DNA of 64,000 bases from a candidate division WOR-3 bacterium (lineage in GTDB: Bacteria; Hydrothermota; 32-111): contig JBBFKX010000002.1 of assembly GCA_037481815.1 (NCBI GenBank), positions 32,001 through 96,000 on the forward strand. Reading direction: 5' to 3'. The notes beneath the pieces were generated by a model. It was not told the DNA's origin and searched no databases. It saw nothing but the letters and a program-made list of their open reading frames with translations. Numbering within the stretch: the stretch's first letter is position 1; every line of letters starts with the position of its first letter. This document shows, piece after piece, positions 30,102-40,412 of the stretch. Both the position numbers and the translations under genes were made by a program.

Positions 30102-32266
30102 TTTTCACCTTCTTTTGTATGATAATGATAATAATAATGATAATAGTAATATTTCCCATAGAAACTTTCGGTGTTAACATTGTTAAAAACAAAACCAACT
30201 AATGGTATATTAAGATTTTTCAACAATTTTTTTGTATAGTGTAACTCTCTTTTTTTCGCTTTTTTAAATTGAACAACCCAGAGTAAACCATCCGATAACC
30301 TTGAAATTATTGTAGGGTCTGCAACCGAAAGTATCGGAGAAGTATCAACTATGATAAAATCAAACATCCCTTTTAACTGTTCAAAAATTTTTCTTGTCAA
30401 TTTCCCTTCAAGTAGTTCAGTTGAATGAGATGTCCTTTCACCATAAGGTATTATCCATAGATTCTCAATTCCACTTGGATATATAACCTTTTCAACACTT
30501 GTTTCCCCTTTCAGTATGTTTGTAAAACCTTTATCAAAACTTAAATTAAACATTTTATCGATCACAGGTCTTCTCAAATCTCCATCTATCAAAAGAACCT
30601 TTTTGTCCAGTTGTGCTAAAACGATGCTAAGGTTTGATGCGGTAGTTGATTTCCCTTCACCTTTTGTGGCTGATGATACAACGATTATTTGGGGAGTTTT
30701 TGTTCCTTCGGAAAGATATAAAAGGTTTGTTCGAAGAATTTTATACGATTCAACAATCGGTGAATTTTCTGGAACTTCAGTTAAAAGTTTACTCCTTTCA
30801 CTAACCATCGTTTTCCCATTTTTGAGTTTAATCAAAGGGATATTACCAATTATATTAACTTTTAATTCTCTTTCAATTTCATCTATATCCTTTACAGAAT
30901 CGTCTATATATTCTTTAATAAACACTGCACCTATTCCCAGTATTATGGCAAGAAAGAATCCAAAAAGATAATTTCTGTTTTTCTTTGGTAAAACTGGATT
31001 TTTATTCAACACAGGTTTATCTATTATCTTTACAGAACCAAGTTTACCAGCTTCTGCCACTTTTGCCTCTTCAAATTTTCCTTTCAACATCAGATAAAGT
31101 TCCTCTGAAACTTTTTTATTTCTTTCAAGTCGTGCAAGCATAAGTTCCTGATATGGGATCTTTTTCATCTTATCTTCAAAAATTTTTATCACATTGTTTA
31201 ACGCTTCAATCATCGACTCCTTAACTTTTATTTCAAGTTGAACCGATACGATTTCGTCCATAAGACTTTTTGAATAATCCAAAGGATTGGTTGCGAAATA
31301 TTTTTCAGTCAAAGATTTTTTACTGTTGGTCACTATGTTGTTTTTCAAATTTTCAACCCTTATCTTTATCTCCTTCATTTTCGGATGTGATGTGTCGTAT
31401 CCAAGTGATAGAAAATATGCATAGGATGACTGTAAAGAATCGAGTTCCTTCATAGATCTTTCAAGGAAGGGATTAAGTTCATTCAAAAATCCTTCAGCCA
31501 TCATTTTGTTCGACTGGGAAAGGTTCTCTTTTAGATAATTCAATTTTGCAAGAAGCATCTCCCTTTCAACATAGTTCTGTTTTTTCTGACCTTCAAAATT
31601 TGATATCATATCAACAAGTTTTGAGGTCTCTTCGGTGAGTTCGATAATAGAATTATTCTCTTTAAACTTTTTTAAATTTTCTTCATTTATTTGTAGATCA
31701 TTTTCTATTTTAGTTAACTGTTCTTCGAGAAATTTTCTCACCTCACTCAATTCTCCCCTAGTCATTTCAAGGTTAATATTGTAATACTGCTCAACTATGA
31801 TTTTTGTTATATAGAAAGCATCCTCTGGACTCTTATCATTATAGATTATTTTCAAAATATCAGTATCCTTAACCGGGATCACTGTGAGATTTTTTTTGAG
31901 ATATGATATCCTTGCTTCTTTTTCTTTAAATTTACCTATATAAAGAGAGTCAAGATAACCACTGTTTGATATAACATTTTCGACTCTTTCAAAAAGAGTT
32001 CTGGATTGAACCATTTCTATGTGGTTATTTATAACAGTTTGTCTTGGATTTAGATCCCTTATAGGTAAAAATGAAAGTCCTTTATCACTTGTTTCAATTA
32101 GTATCAGTGAAGTAGATTGATAGGTTGGTTTTGTAATTTTCGTTATCAAAAAAACAAGAACGATCACAATAAAAAATGTTGTTAAAAACAAAATTTTATT
32201 CTCGAGTAAAAGAAAAAAATATGTCTTTAACTCTTTTCCTTCCTCTTCTATAACCCTCTCCGGCAT
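30098..32266 (-). CDS. wzc: Polysaccharide co-polymerase/BY-kinase (Wzc type)
   Basis: Two TMs around a periplasmic coiled coil, ESYKILRTN, Walker A GEGKST, IDGDLRRP, VDTSP, C-terminal Tyr cluster. Confidence 0.9.
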   Translation of the reverse strand: MPERVIEEEGKELKTYFFLLLENKILFLTTFFIVIVLVFLITKITKPTYQSTSLILIETSDKGLSFLPIRDLNPRQTVINNHIEMVQSRTLFERVENVISNSGYLDSLYIGKFKEKEARISYLKKNLTVIPVKDTDILKIIYNDKSPEDAFYITKIIVEQYYNINLEMTRGELSEVRKFLEEQLTKIENDLQINEENLKKFKENNSIIELTEETSKLVDMISNFEGQKKQNYVEREMLLAKLNYLKENLSQSNKMMAEGFLNELNPFLERSMKELDSLQSSYAYFLSLGYDTSHPKMKEIKIRVENLKNNIVTNSKKSLTEKYFATNPLDYSKSLMDEIVSVQLEIKVKESMIEALNNVIKIFEDKMKKIPYQELMLARLERNKKVSEELYLMLKGKFEEAKVAEAGKLGSVKIIDKPVLNKNPVLPKKNRNYLFGFFLAIILGIGAVFIKEYIDDSVKDIDEIERELKVNIIGNIPLIKLKNGKTMVSERSKLLTEVPENSPIVESYKILRTNLLYLSEGTKTPQIIVVSSATKGEGKSTTASNLSIVLAQLDKKVLLIDGDLRRPVIDKMFNLSFDKGFTNILKGETSVEKVIYPSGIENLWIIPYGERTSHSTELLEGKLTRKIFEQLKGMFDFIIVDTSPILSVADPTIISRLSDGLLWVVQFKKAKKRELHYTKKLLKNLNIPLVGFVFNNVNTESFYGKYYYYHYYYHYHTKEGEK
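30119..30151. repeat. Imperfect trinucleotide repeat encoding the Wzc Tyr/His cluster
   Basis: atgataatgataataataatgataatagtaata encodes YYYYHYYYHYH on the minus strand. Confidence 0.8.
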
Positions 32267-32275
32267 AAAAACTCC

Positions 32276-33583
32276 TTAAAGTTTAATGATATTCTTGCTC
32301 TTAACCTTTTTAAAACCATTTCTCGTATCAAATATGATCTTTGCATTTTTTGCAACCATTTCATAATCAAAAGAAGAGTGGTCTGTCAGAAGAATAACAC
32401 AATCAAATTTTCTTATTTCATTCTCTTTAATACTCTTTAAAACTTTTACCTTCTTATGTTCACCCTTTTCGTCTATAAAACTGTTAACCATTGGATCATA
32501 AACCGTTACCAAAGCTCCCATCTCTTTCAACAGATGGTATACCTCAAGAGCAGGCGATTCTCTTAGGTCATCAATATCTTTTTTATAAGTTATCCCCATC
32601 AACAAAATTTTTGAACCATTTAGTGTTTTTTTATATTTATTTAAAATCTCTGTAACCTTATTCAAAACAAATCTCGGCATGTTTGAATTTACATCTGAAG
32701 CAAGTTCAATAAATCTGTTGTAGTAATCATACATCTTTGCTTTCCAGGAAAGATACATAGGATCGAGAGGTATACAATGACCACCGATTCCAGGTCCTGG
32801 ATAAAATGGCATAAAACCAAAAGGTTTTGAAGATGCTGCCTCTATTACATTCCAGATATCTATTCCCATCCTATGACACATGATTGCAAGTTCGTTTACA
32901 AGTCCTATATTCACTGCTCTGAACGTATTTTCCAGTAATTTCACCATTTCAGCTTCCTCAGGGGAATTAACCGTTATCACCTTCTCTATAACCTGTTCAT
33001 ACAACATTTTTGTGATCAGTGTATCTTTATCAGTTATTCCTCCAACAACTTTTGGAGTATTTTTTGTATTGTATCTGGGATTACCTGGATCAACCCTTTC
33101 TGGAGAAAATGCAACAAAAAAATCTTTTCCCACTTTATAACCAAAATTTGAAACTCTTTCAGCAATAAGTTCTCTTGTAGTTCCTGGGTAGGTAGTAGAT
33201 TCCAGAACTATAAGCATATCTTTATGAAGATATTTAACTATCTCATCCATTGCACCGGTGATATATGATACATCTGGATCTTTACTTTTTTGAAGTGGAG
33301 TCGGAACGGCTATCAAAACACAATCAGATTTTTTTACAACAGAATAATCGGTAGTGGGTAAAAATCTTTTGTTAACAACATCTTTAACATCTTTATTATC
33401 AACATCAAGAATATACGACTCGCCCTTTTTTAAAAGTTCAACTTTCTCTCTCAATAGATCTATTCCATAAACAAAAAAACCTGCTTTTGCGAATTCAACA
33501 GCAAGCGGTAAACCAACATAACCAAGACCAACTACCGAGATTACAGATTTTTTATCTTTAACCTTTTGAAGTAGAACACTCAT
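32276..33583 (-). CDS. wbpA: UDP-N-acetyl-D-glucosamine 6-dehydrogenase (WbpA-like)
   Basis: GLGYVGLPLA, ESTTYPGTT, SPERVDPGN, KLLENTFRAVNI, GPGIGGHCIPLDP. Confidence 0.85.
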   Translation of the reverse strand: MSVLLQKVKDKKSVISVVGLGYVGLPLAVEFAKAGFFVYGIDLLREKVELLKKGESYILDVDNKDVKDVVNKRFLPTTDYSVVKKSDCVLIAVPTPLQKSKDPDVSYITGAMDEIVKYLHKDMLIVLESTTYPGTTRELIAERVSNFGYKVGKDFFVAFSPERVDPGNPRYNTKNTPKVVGGITDKDTLITKMLYEQVIEKVITVNSPEEAEMVKLLENTFRAVNIGLVNELAIMCHRMGIDIWNVIEAASSKPFGFMPFYPGPGIGGHCIPLDPMYLSWKAKMYDYYNRFIELASDVNSNMPRFVLNKVTEILNKYKKTLNGSKILLMGITYKKDIDDLRESPALEVYHLLKEMGALVTVYDPMVNSFIDEKGEHKKVKVLKSIKENEIRKFDCVILLTDHSSFDYEMVAKNAKIIFDTRNGFKKVKSKNIIKL

Positions 33584-33599
33584 GAAAATCCTCCTTTAT

Positions 33600-34214
33600 T
33601 TATATTACAAGTAAAGATATTATATAATCCAAATACTCATCTATGTCAATAGAATTAACTCTTTCCATCTGGTAAGGCTCAAAATCTACTGGAATCTTTC
33701 TATTCTTTAAAAAATCTTTTACATTAAATATATAAAATGCACCGTTCTGCCTATATATATTTTTGTAAGGAATTAGAATTAAACCATCTTCCGATGAAAA
33801 GAACATGTGTTCTTTGTTTTCAATTTTTTCTACAGAGATTACAGTTTTTTTCTTTTCTGAAAACAAAAATAGAGCTTCTTTTAAATCATTTTTGCTTCTC
33901 AAAGGTGATGTCGGTTGAAGTAAAATTATAACATCATCATTTTTCATTTTATATTTTTTGATCATATATAAAATCAATAGATCCATAGTAGTAGTCGCTT
34001 TTGCGAGTCGTTTAGGCCTTAAATCAAAAACGACTTTTGAATGCATTAAAGAGCCCATCCTTTTGTCTGAAGAAACTATAATTTTATCAAAAATTTCAGA
34101 TTCAATGGCAAAATCTAAGGTTATTTCAAAAAGAGTTTTTCCTGAAATCCTCACAAAATTTTTATTTTTAACCCTTCTGCTTTCACTTTTAGCAGGTATT
34201 AAAGCGTAAATCAT
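33600..34214 (-). CDS. neuA: CMP-nonulosonate synthetase (acylneuraminate cytidylyltransferase)
   Basis: IPAKSESRRVKNKN, LLQPTSPLR, QNGAFY, SIDID. Confidence 0.85.
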   Translation of the reverse strand: MIYALIPAKSESRRVKNKNFVRISGKTLFEITLDFAIESEIFDKIIVSSDKRMGSLMHSKVVFDLRPKRLAKATTTMDLLILYMIKKYKMKNDDVIILLQPTSPLRSKNDLKEALFLFSEKKKTVISVEKIENKEHMFFSSEDGLILIPYKNIYRQNGAFYIFNVKDFLKNRKIPVDFEPYQMERVNSIDIDEYLDYIISLLVI

Positions 34215-34216
34215 TT

Positions 34217-37200
34217 TTATCCAAAGAATATATCTCCAAAAGTTTCCTTTTCAATTTTTTCATCTCTTTTTTCTAACTCTTGATTTTTTTCTTCAAACCA
34301 TCTTTCTAAAGACACTCTTTCCATCTTTTCTTTTTCCATATCCTCTTTTTCTTTCTTAGAGATATCCGGTATTCTATGTTCTTCAGTCTTTCTTTCCCCA
34401 GAAATTTCATGTTGCATCTTTTCCTGTAAGGTCTCACTCATCCTATCCTTTTCCTCATTCAATTTTTTAATCTCTTCTTCAAGATTTTTGATCACATTAT
34501 CTTTTTGTTCATAATCAACTTTCTTTGAAGAAACTTCATGTTTTAACCTGTTATTTTCCTTAATGAGATTTTCGATCTTCATTTTTAAATCTTTTATGGT
34601 TTCATCCTTTTTATTGATTTCGACAGATAGATCCTTTTGGTATAGAGATTCATTATCTTTTGCAAGTTCTATTTTTTCATGTAAGATCTTCAACTGCTGC
34701 TTTTTTTCTTCAATCTCATTCAAAGTCTTTTCTTTTTCCAAATCATATTTTTCTTTTTCAACTTTTGAGATTTCAACTTCTTTCTTAATCTGTTCATACA
34801 TACCTTTCATCTTTTCGATTTCATTTTTTATCTGCTCATACTGTTTTTGCATCTGTTTTTCTATTCCAGCAATTTTGATCATCTTTTGTGTTGTTTCGGT
34901 AAACTCTTTTTTAAGATTCTCAGTTTTTACTTGAAGATCAATATATTCCTGCTGAAGAGATTGCCTGCTTTCCGTTATTTTAGCGATTTCTGACTTTTTA
35001 CCATTTATTTCCTCATTTATTGTAAAGAGCTCTTTTCTCATATTCAAAAGAAGTTTTTCTTTTTCAGCCAGTTCCATCTCAATGTTCTTTTTGATATTTT
35101 CAATTTTTTCAAGACCTAAAACGGCAGCCAGTTTTCTTTCCTGATTTTTTCTTAAAATTATTATTTCGTCCAACTTATTCTTTATCTTTAATAGTTGATT
35201 TAAACTCATCTTGGTTTCTATTATTTGCGGAGAATCTCCTTCAACCGGTTTGAATTCTCTTATATTTGGAAAATCTGTTTCAATCTTTTGAATCTTTTCT
35301 TCAAGTTCACCAAGATCGATTCTCTTTTCATTTATAGTTGTGTTCAGTCTTATTTCTTCTTTCTTCAAAGATTCTATTTCATTTTCAAGAGATTCCTTTT
35401 GTAACTGAAGATCTTCGATATCCATCATCGACATTTTAAGCGTGTTCTGTATCTCTTCAAGTTTTTCATTTTCCTGTTTTATCCTATTTCCTATCTCTTT
35501 TGATTCTTTTTCCTTTTCAAGCAACCATCTGGTTATCTCATCCTTATCATTTTTTAAAGAAACGAGTTCGTTGTTAAGTTCTATGATCTCTTCATCGATC
35601 CGATTCTTCTCTTTTTCAAGATCTTCTATAACACCTGATGTCTCTTTGATTCTTTTTTGAAAATTATTTTCAAATTCATTGAGTTCTCTCTTCTTTTCTT
35701 CTATAATCTTTTCCAGATTCTCCTTTTCTTTTAAAACCTGCTCAGTTTCTTTTTTTGAAAGTTGAAGTCTGTTTTCATTTTCATCGAGCAATTCTTTCAA
35801 TTCTTTTTCTTTTATCTGGCATTCTTTTTCCTTTTGACTTAACTCTTGTTCGAACTCCAGCAGTACCTTTTTCAACTCTTCTATTTTCAAATTTTTTGCT
35901 TCGATTTCTCTATCCAGTTCATTTTTTTGATTATTTATTTTTTCGAGTTCGAGTAAAAGTTGTTTTCTCTCCTGTTCCTTTCCGTTGAAATTTTCAAGTA
36001 TCATTTCAGCATTAACTTTTAGCTGCTCAAGTTCCTGCTTATCCTCTTCTATCTGTGAAGTTAGTTTTTCTTTCTCTTTCCTCAATTTTAACACTTCATC
36101 AAAAATATTTTCCTTTTCTCTTTTTAACTCCTCTATTTCTCCAGCAAGTCCTTTTTTCTGTTTTTCAAACTCGTTCATCTCGTTCCTTATTTCAGTATAT
36201 CTATCTGAAAAACCTGAATACTCCCTCATCAATTCATCCAGTTTTTTCTCTTCCTTTTTGATGGAATTCACAAGTTGGAGTAGTTCTCCATTTTTTGCCT
36301 TTATTTCCTTTTCAAGGGTATCTTTTCGTTTTTCATCATTTTTTATTATTCCTGAAAGTTCATTGAAGTATGATTCTTTAGTTTTTATTTCTTTTTCCTT
36401 TTCATTAAGTTTTTCAGTCAAAATGTTATATTCCAAATCTAATTTTTTGAGCGTTTGGCTTTTTTCATCGATTTCATCTTCTATTTTTTTAATATTGTTT
36501 TTCAATCGCTCTTCAGTTTTTTCAAGATCATCTATAACCTTTCTTGTTTTTTGATTTTCTTCTTTTAAATCATCTCTTTCTTTTTCGTATTGTTTTATGG
36601 TCCTTTTCAAATCGTTTATCTTTTCTGTCAATTCGAGTTCATCACCAAGAGAAACTCCCATGCCGGATTCGATTTTTTCGAGATATTTTTTCTTATCATT
36701 TATCTTTTGTTCTAAAAGATTTAAACTGTTTTCATCCTCTTCAAATTTTTTCTTTAAACTTGAATATCTTTTTTCAAGATTTTTTAATTGCTCGGTTTTC
36801 TCCTTTTCCTCTTCTTTCAAAGATTCAAGATTTTTGCTGACCTTTTCAAAAGCAGTTTTGTTCTCTTCTAGTTCTCGTCTTAAAATTTCATTTTTCCTTT
36901 CTTCCTCTTCATTTTCCTTTCGTAGTTCAGAGAGTTTCTTCTCTTCCAGATCATATTTCGCTTTCAACTCTTCAAAGTCCTGTAATGTACCATTTTTTTC
37001 TTTTCTTATATTTTCAAGTTCTTTTAATATTTTTTCCTTTTCTCTCTTTCTTTCCTCAATATCTATTTCAAGATTAGTTATCTCCATTTCAATTGATTCT
37101 TTCTTTTTATTCAAATCATCAACTGTTTTCTCTTTTTCCTTCGTTAACCTTTCGATCTCTTTTTTTAATTCATCTAATCTTTTTTCCCTTTCATTTATTT

Positions 37201-38149
37201 CTTTTGTTAAATTTTTTAAAAGTGTTGTTTGTTCATCGATTTTTTTTCTAAGTTCTTTTTCTTCTATTGACTTCTTCATAAGGTTGGAAACTATCCTGTT
37301 TAACTCCTCATTCTTCTGAATGATTTCCCTTTCCAATTTTTCAAAATCAACTCTTCCTTCAATATCTTTTGATTTTATATGCTCAACGGTTTCAACTGTT
37401 TCGTTTATTTCCTCTCTATTTTCCTCTTTTATCTGTTCTTTCAATTCTTGTTCGACATAGTTTTTTTCTTCTAAAAACTCTTCTTTTATATTCTCTTTCT
37501 CTATTTCTTCTTCTTTTTTCTCGCTTTCAACTTCAAGATCAGTGATATCTATTTCCTGCAGTTTTTCAACAAGGTCCTTGGCAACATTCTCTTCATTTTT
37601 TTTATCAAGATCTATCTCGTTGATATATTCTGTTCTATACCCTGTTTCCTCTGATGATAATTCCTCTTTTAGATTGTCTATAGGAATGGTTTCTTTTTTC
37701 TGTTCGTCAGAAATTATTTCTTCTTTCTTTTCAGGTTCTTCAATTTTTTCAAATGTTTCATCCTTCTGTAAGAAACTCTCTTTTTCATCTGTTTCTATTT
37801 TTTCTTCCACTGTTTCAATTTTTTCAAACACATCAAGAAGATCTCCTATACTTTCCTCATGGGGGGGCTCCATAATGGTTTCATCTTTGGTTGAATCAAC
37901 CTTTTGTTCTGTAACAACAGTTTCTGAATCAAAAGTATCAAGAATATCTGAAAGATCAGAAACTATATCTTCTGTTATATTCTTATCATCTTCAAGGGAT
38001 TCTTCTTTCGTTTCTTCATTCTTACTAATTTCTTTTGATGCTACTTTTATACCTTTTTTCTTTTTTAAAACTACTTTTTTTTGTTCTTCACTCTTTTTTA
38101 TTTCATTTTCATCTCTTTCTGATTCATCCTTTTTTCTAAAAAACATCAT
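34217..38149 (-). CDS. 1310-aa E/K-rich coiled-coil protein of unknown function
   Basis: Acidic N-terminal ~270 aa, then near-continuous heptad-like pattern; no TM, no Walker A; SD AGGGGG. Confidence 0.8.
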   Translation of the reverse strand: MMFFRKKDESERDENEIKKSEEQKKVVLKKKKGIKVASKEISKNEETKEESLEDDKNITEDIVSDLSDILDTFDSETVVTEQKVDSTKDETIMEPPHEESIGDLLDVFEKIETVEEKIETDEKESFLQKDETFEKIEEPEKKEEIISDEQKKETIPIDNLKEELSSEETGYRTEYINEIDLDKKNEENVAKDLVEKLQEIDITDLEVESEKKEEEIEKENIKEEFLEEKNYVEQELKEQIKEENREEINETVETVEHIKSKDIEGRVDFEKLEREIIQKNEELNRIVSNLMKKSIEEKELRKKIDEQTTLLKNLTKEINEREKRLDELKKEIERLTKEKEKTVDDLNKKKESIEMEITNLEIDIEERKREKEKILKELENIRKEKNGTLQDFEELKAKYDLEEKKLSELRKENEEEERKNEILRRELEENKTAFEKVSKNLESLKEEEKEKTEQLKNLEKRYSSLKKKFEEDENSLNLLEQKINDKKKYLEKIESGMGVSLGDELELTEKINDLKRTIKQYEKERDDLKEENQKTRKVIDDLEKTEERLKNNIKKIEDEIDEKSQTLKKLDLEYNILTEKLNEKEKEIKTKESYFNELSGIIKNDEKRKDTLEKEIKAKNGELLQLVNSIKKEEKKLDELMREYSGFSDRYTEIRNEMNEFEKQKKGLAGEIEELKREKENIFDEVLKLRKEKEKLTSQIEEDKQELEQLKVNAEMILENFNGKEQERKQLLLELEKINNQKNELDREIEAKNLKIEELKKVLLEFEQELSQKEKECQIKEKELKELLDENENRLQLSKKETEQVLKEKENLEKIIEEKKRELNEFENNFQKRIKETSGVIEDLEKEKNRIDEEIIELNNELVSLKNDKDEITRWLLEKEKESKEIGNRIKQENEKLEEIQNTLKMSMMDIEDLQLQKESLENEIESLKKEEIRLNTTINEKRIDLGELEEKIQKIETDFPNIREFKPVEGDSPQIIETKMSLNQLLKIKNKLDEIIILRKNQERKLAAVLGLEKIENIKKNIEMELAEKEKLLLNMRKELFTINEEINGKKSEIAKITESRQSLQQEYIDLQVKTENLKKEFTETTQKMIKIAGIEKQMQKQYEQIKNEIEKMKGMYEQIKKEVEISKVEKEKYDLEKEKTLNEIEEKKQQLKILHEKIELAKDNESLYQKDLSVEINKKDETIKDLKMKIENLIKENNRLKHEVSSKKVDYEQKDNVIKNLEEEIKKLNEEKDRMSETLQEKMQHEISGERKTEEHRIPDISKKEKEDMEKEKMERVSLERWFEEKNQELEKRDEKIEKETFGDIFFG

Positions 38150-38157
38150 CCCCCCTT

Positions 38158-39051
38158 TTAACTTCTTGGATGGAATCTATCGTAAATCTTCGTAAGTTGT
38201 TTTTTATTAACATGAGTATATATCTCAGTCGTCATAATGCTTGAGTGTCCCAACATTTCCTGCACACTTCTCAGATCCGCTCCTCCCTCTATCAGATGTG
38301 TTGCAAAAGAATGTCTGAGAATATGAGGGTGCAATCTCTTTTGAATACCCAAATGTTTTACTCTTTTTTTCAAAATGTTCCATACATCCATTCTTGTTAG
38401 TTTTTTCCCTGTTCTGCTCAAAAACAAATATTCACTTTTATATTTTTCAAAAAAACTTCTATAATTCCTCAAATATTCTTGAATACTGTTTAAAGCTATT
38501 CGATTCAAAGGAACAATTCTTTCCTTCATTCTCTTCCCTAAAACCTTTATAAAACCTTCTTCATAAAATACTGATTCGATTTTTAAATTTATAACCTCGG
38601 AAACTCTTAATCCCGCACCATACATGGTCTCCAAAATCGCTTTATCCCTTTTATCAAAAGGATCATCGCTATTTATGGAATTCAATATCAAGGTTGTTTC
38701 TTCAAGTGTTAGATAATCAGGCAAATTTTTTGAAATTTTTGGTGGAGATATATTTTCTGTCGGGTCTTTATCTATGATCTTTTCCCTATAGATAAAACTA
38801 TAAAAATTTTTCAAAGAGGTCAATTTTCTAGAAAGTGTTCTTCCATTTAAACCTAACATCGAGAGTTCCTTTAAAAAAAATTCAATAATGTTTTCATCAG
38901 CTTCAAAAACATCTTTTTTAAAATTTTCACAAAACTGTATATACTGGGCTATATCATTAAGATAAGCGTCGACAGTCAGATCAGAGCATCCCTTTTCAGA
39001 TATAAGAAAATTTTTAAAATCCGATAAAACATTGTTTTTATAAGACATCAA
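38158..39051 (-). CDS. xerD: Tyrosine recombinase XerD
   Basis: GLRVSE, GKRMKERIVP, HPHILRHSFATHL..GADLRSVQEMLGH..IMTTEIYTH. Confidence 0.88.
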   Translation of the reverse strand: MMSYKNNVLSDFKNFLISEKGCSDLTVDAYLNDIAQYIQFCENFKKDVFEADENIIEFFLKELSMLGLNGRTLSRKLTSLKNFYSFIYREKIIDKDPTENISPPKISKNLPDYLTLEETTLILNSINSDDPFDKRDKAILETMYGAGLRVSEVINLKIESVFYEEGFIKVLGKRMKERIVPLNRIALNSIQEYLRNYRSFFEKYKSEYLFLSRTGKKLTRMDVWNILKKRVKHLGIQKRLHPHILRHSFATHLIEGGADLRSVQEMLGHSSIMTTEIYTHVNKKQLTKIYDRFHPRS

Positions 39052-40411
39052 AAGAATCTCCCTTAAATGGTATTATTACATTCTCATACCCATTTTCTTT
39101 TAAAGCATCTTTTAAAGAGTTTATCTGTTTTTCTTCTCCATGAACCAGGTATATTTCTTTTTTAGGGTTTATATTTTTAACATAGTTGATAAGGTCGTTT
39201 CTATCAGCATGTGCTGAATATTCATTCATGATAACAACTTCAGCTTTCAATCTATACTCTTCACCAAAAATTTTTACTTTTTCTTCTTTTTCAACTATTT
39301 TCCTACCAAGTGTATTCGATGCCATAAAACCTGTGATCAAAATTGTATTTGAAGGATTTTCAATATTATTTTTAAGATGATGCAAAATTCTGCCTGCCTC
39401 ACACATACCACTTGCTGAAATGATTATCTTTGATTCTCTCATGCTATTTAACTTCTTTGATTCCTCAACACCCTGAATGTAATATAGTCCATCAAAATTA
39501 AAGGGATCTTTGTTAAAGTTAAAAAGATTCATCATATCACTATCATAACATTCGGGATGTTCCTTGAACACTTTGGTTATATTAACAGTCAAAGGCGAAT
39601 CAACAAAAATGTTCATCCCTAAGTCATAACCTTCTTCTTTTAACATAAAAAGATCATACAAAAGTTCCTGGGTTCTTCCAACAGAAAATGCTGGGACGAT
39701 CAGATTTCCCTTCTTTCTTTTTACACTTTCAATAACTTTCTTTAAATTTTCTCTACTCTCTCTTATATCAGGATGTGTTCTGTCTCCATAGGTTGATTCC
39801 ATAATCAAAAAATCTACATCTTTTATTATATCAGGATTTCTTATGATCGGAAGATGTTTCCTCCCCAGATCACCTGTAAAAAGCATCTTCTGCCCATCCT
39901 TTTCAAAAAGAATTTGAGATGAACCCAAAATGTGTCCTGCATCTAAAAATGTGACTTTAAGATCTTTATCGATTTCCAGTTCAGAGTAATAATTGATCCC
40001 TTTAAAATATTTAAAAGAAAGTTCGACATCTTTTACTGTATAGATAGGTTGTTTATTTTCGGGATTTTTGTTTTTTTTGTTTAAAAATTCTATATCTTTC
40101 TCATGAATATGCGCACTATCAAGAAGCATCGGTTTTAAAAGATCAACCGTTGCATAGGTAGACACGATTTCCGAATCATATCCTTGTTTCACAAGATTGG
40201 GTATGTTTCCAGAATGATCTATGTGAGCGTGGGATAATAAAACCATATTCAAAGATTTTGGATCAAAAGGAAAATTTAAATTTGCAATTTCACTTTCCTT
40301 TCTCCTTCCCTGAAAAAGGCCACATTCAACAAGAATTCTCTTTCGATCAGTTTCGAGAAGGAACTTGGAACCTGTAACCTCTTTTGTTGCACCAAAGAAT
40401 GTAATCTTCAT
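39038..40411 (-). CDS. MBL-fold beta-CASP ribonuclease
   Basis: VTGS, LSHAHIDHSG, AGHILGS, ESTYGDR, FSVGRTQE, ASGMCEAGRILHH, YSAHAD, VHGE. Confidence 0.9.
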   Translation of the reverse strand: MKITFFGATKEVTGSKFLLETDRKRILVECGLFQGRRKESEIANLNFPFDPKSLNMVLLSHAHIDHSGNIPNLVKQGYDSEIVSTYATVDLLKPMLLDSAHIHEKDIEFLNKKNKNPENKQPIYTVKDVELSFKYFKGINYYSELEIDKDLKVTFLDAGHILGSSQILFEKDGQKMLFTGDLGRKHLPIIRNPDIIKDVDFLIMESTYGDRTHPDIRESRENLKKVIESVKRKKGNLIVPAFSVGRTQELLYDLFMLKEEGYDLGMNIFVDSPLTVNITKVFKEHPECYDSDMMNLFNFNKDPFNFDGLYYIQGVEESKKLNSMRESKIIISASGMCEAGRILHHLKNNIENPSNTILITGFMASNTLGRKIVEKEEKVKIFGEEYRLKAEVVIMNEYSAHADRNDLINYVKNINPKKEIYLVHGEEKQINSLKDALKENGYENVIIPFKGDSFDVL

Positions 40412-40412
40412 T

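Noticed and set aside
34217..38149. SMC/SbcC or phage tape-measure protein
   Set aside because: No Walker A/B or signature motif, no hinge evident, no phage genes nearby.
34563..38195. Long plus-strand ORFs (up to 240 aa) rich in Ser/Phe
   Set aside because: Antisense shadows of the GAA/AAA-rich coiled-coil gene; no SD or promoter.
38158..39051. Tyrosine recombinase as a sign of a mobile element
   Set aside because: Housekeeping XerD-type sequence inside an operon; no att sites, tRNA or cargo boundary.
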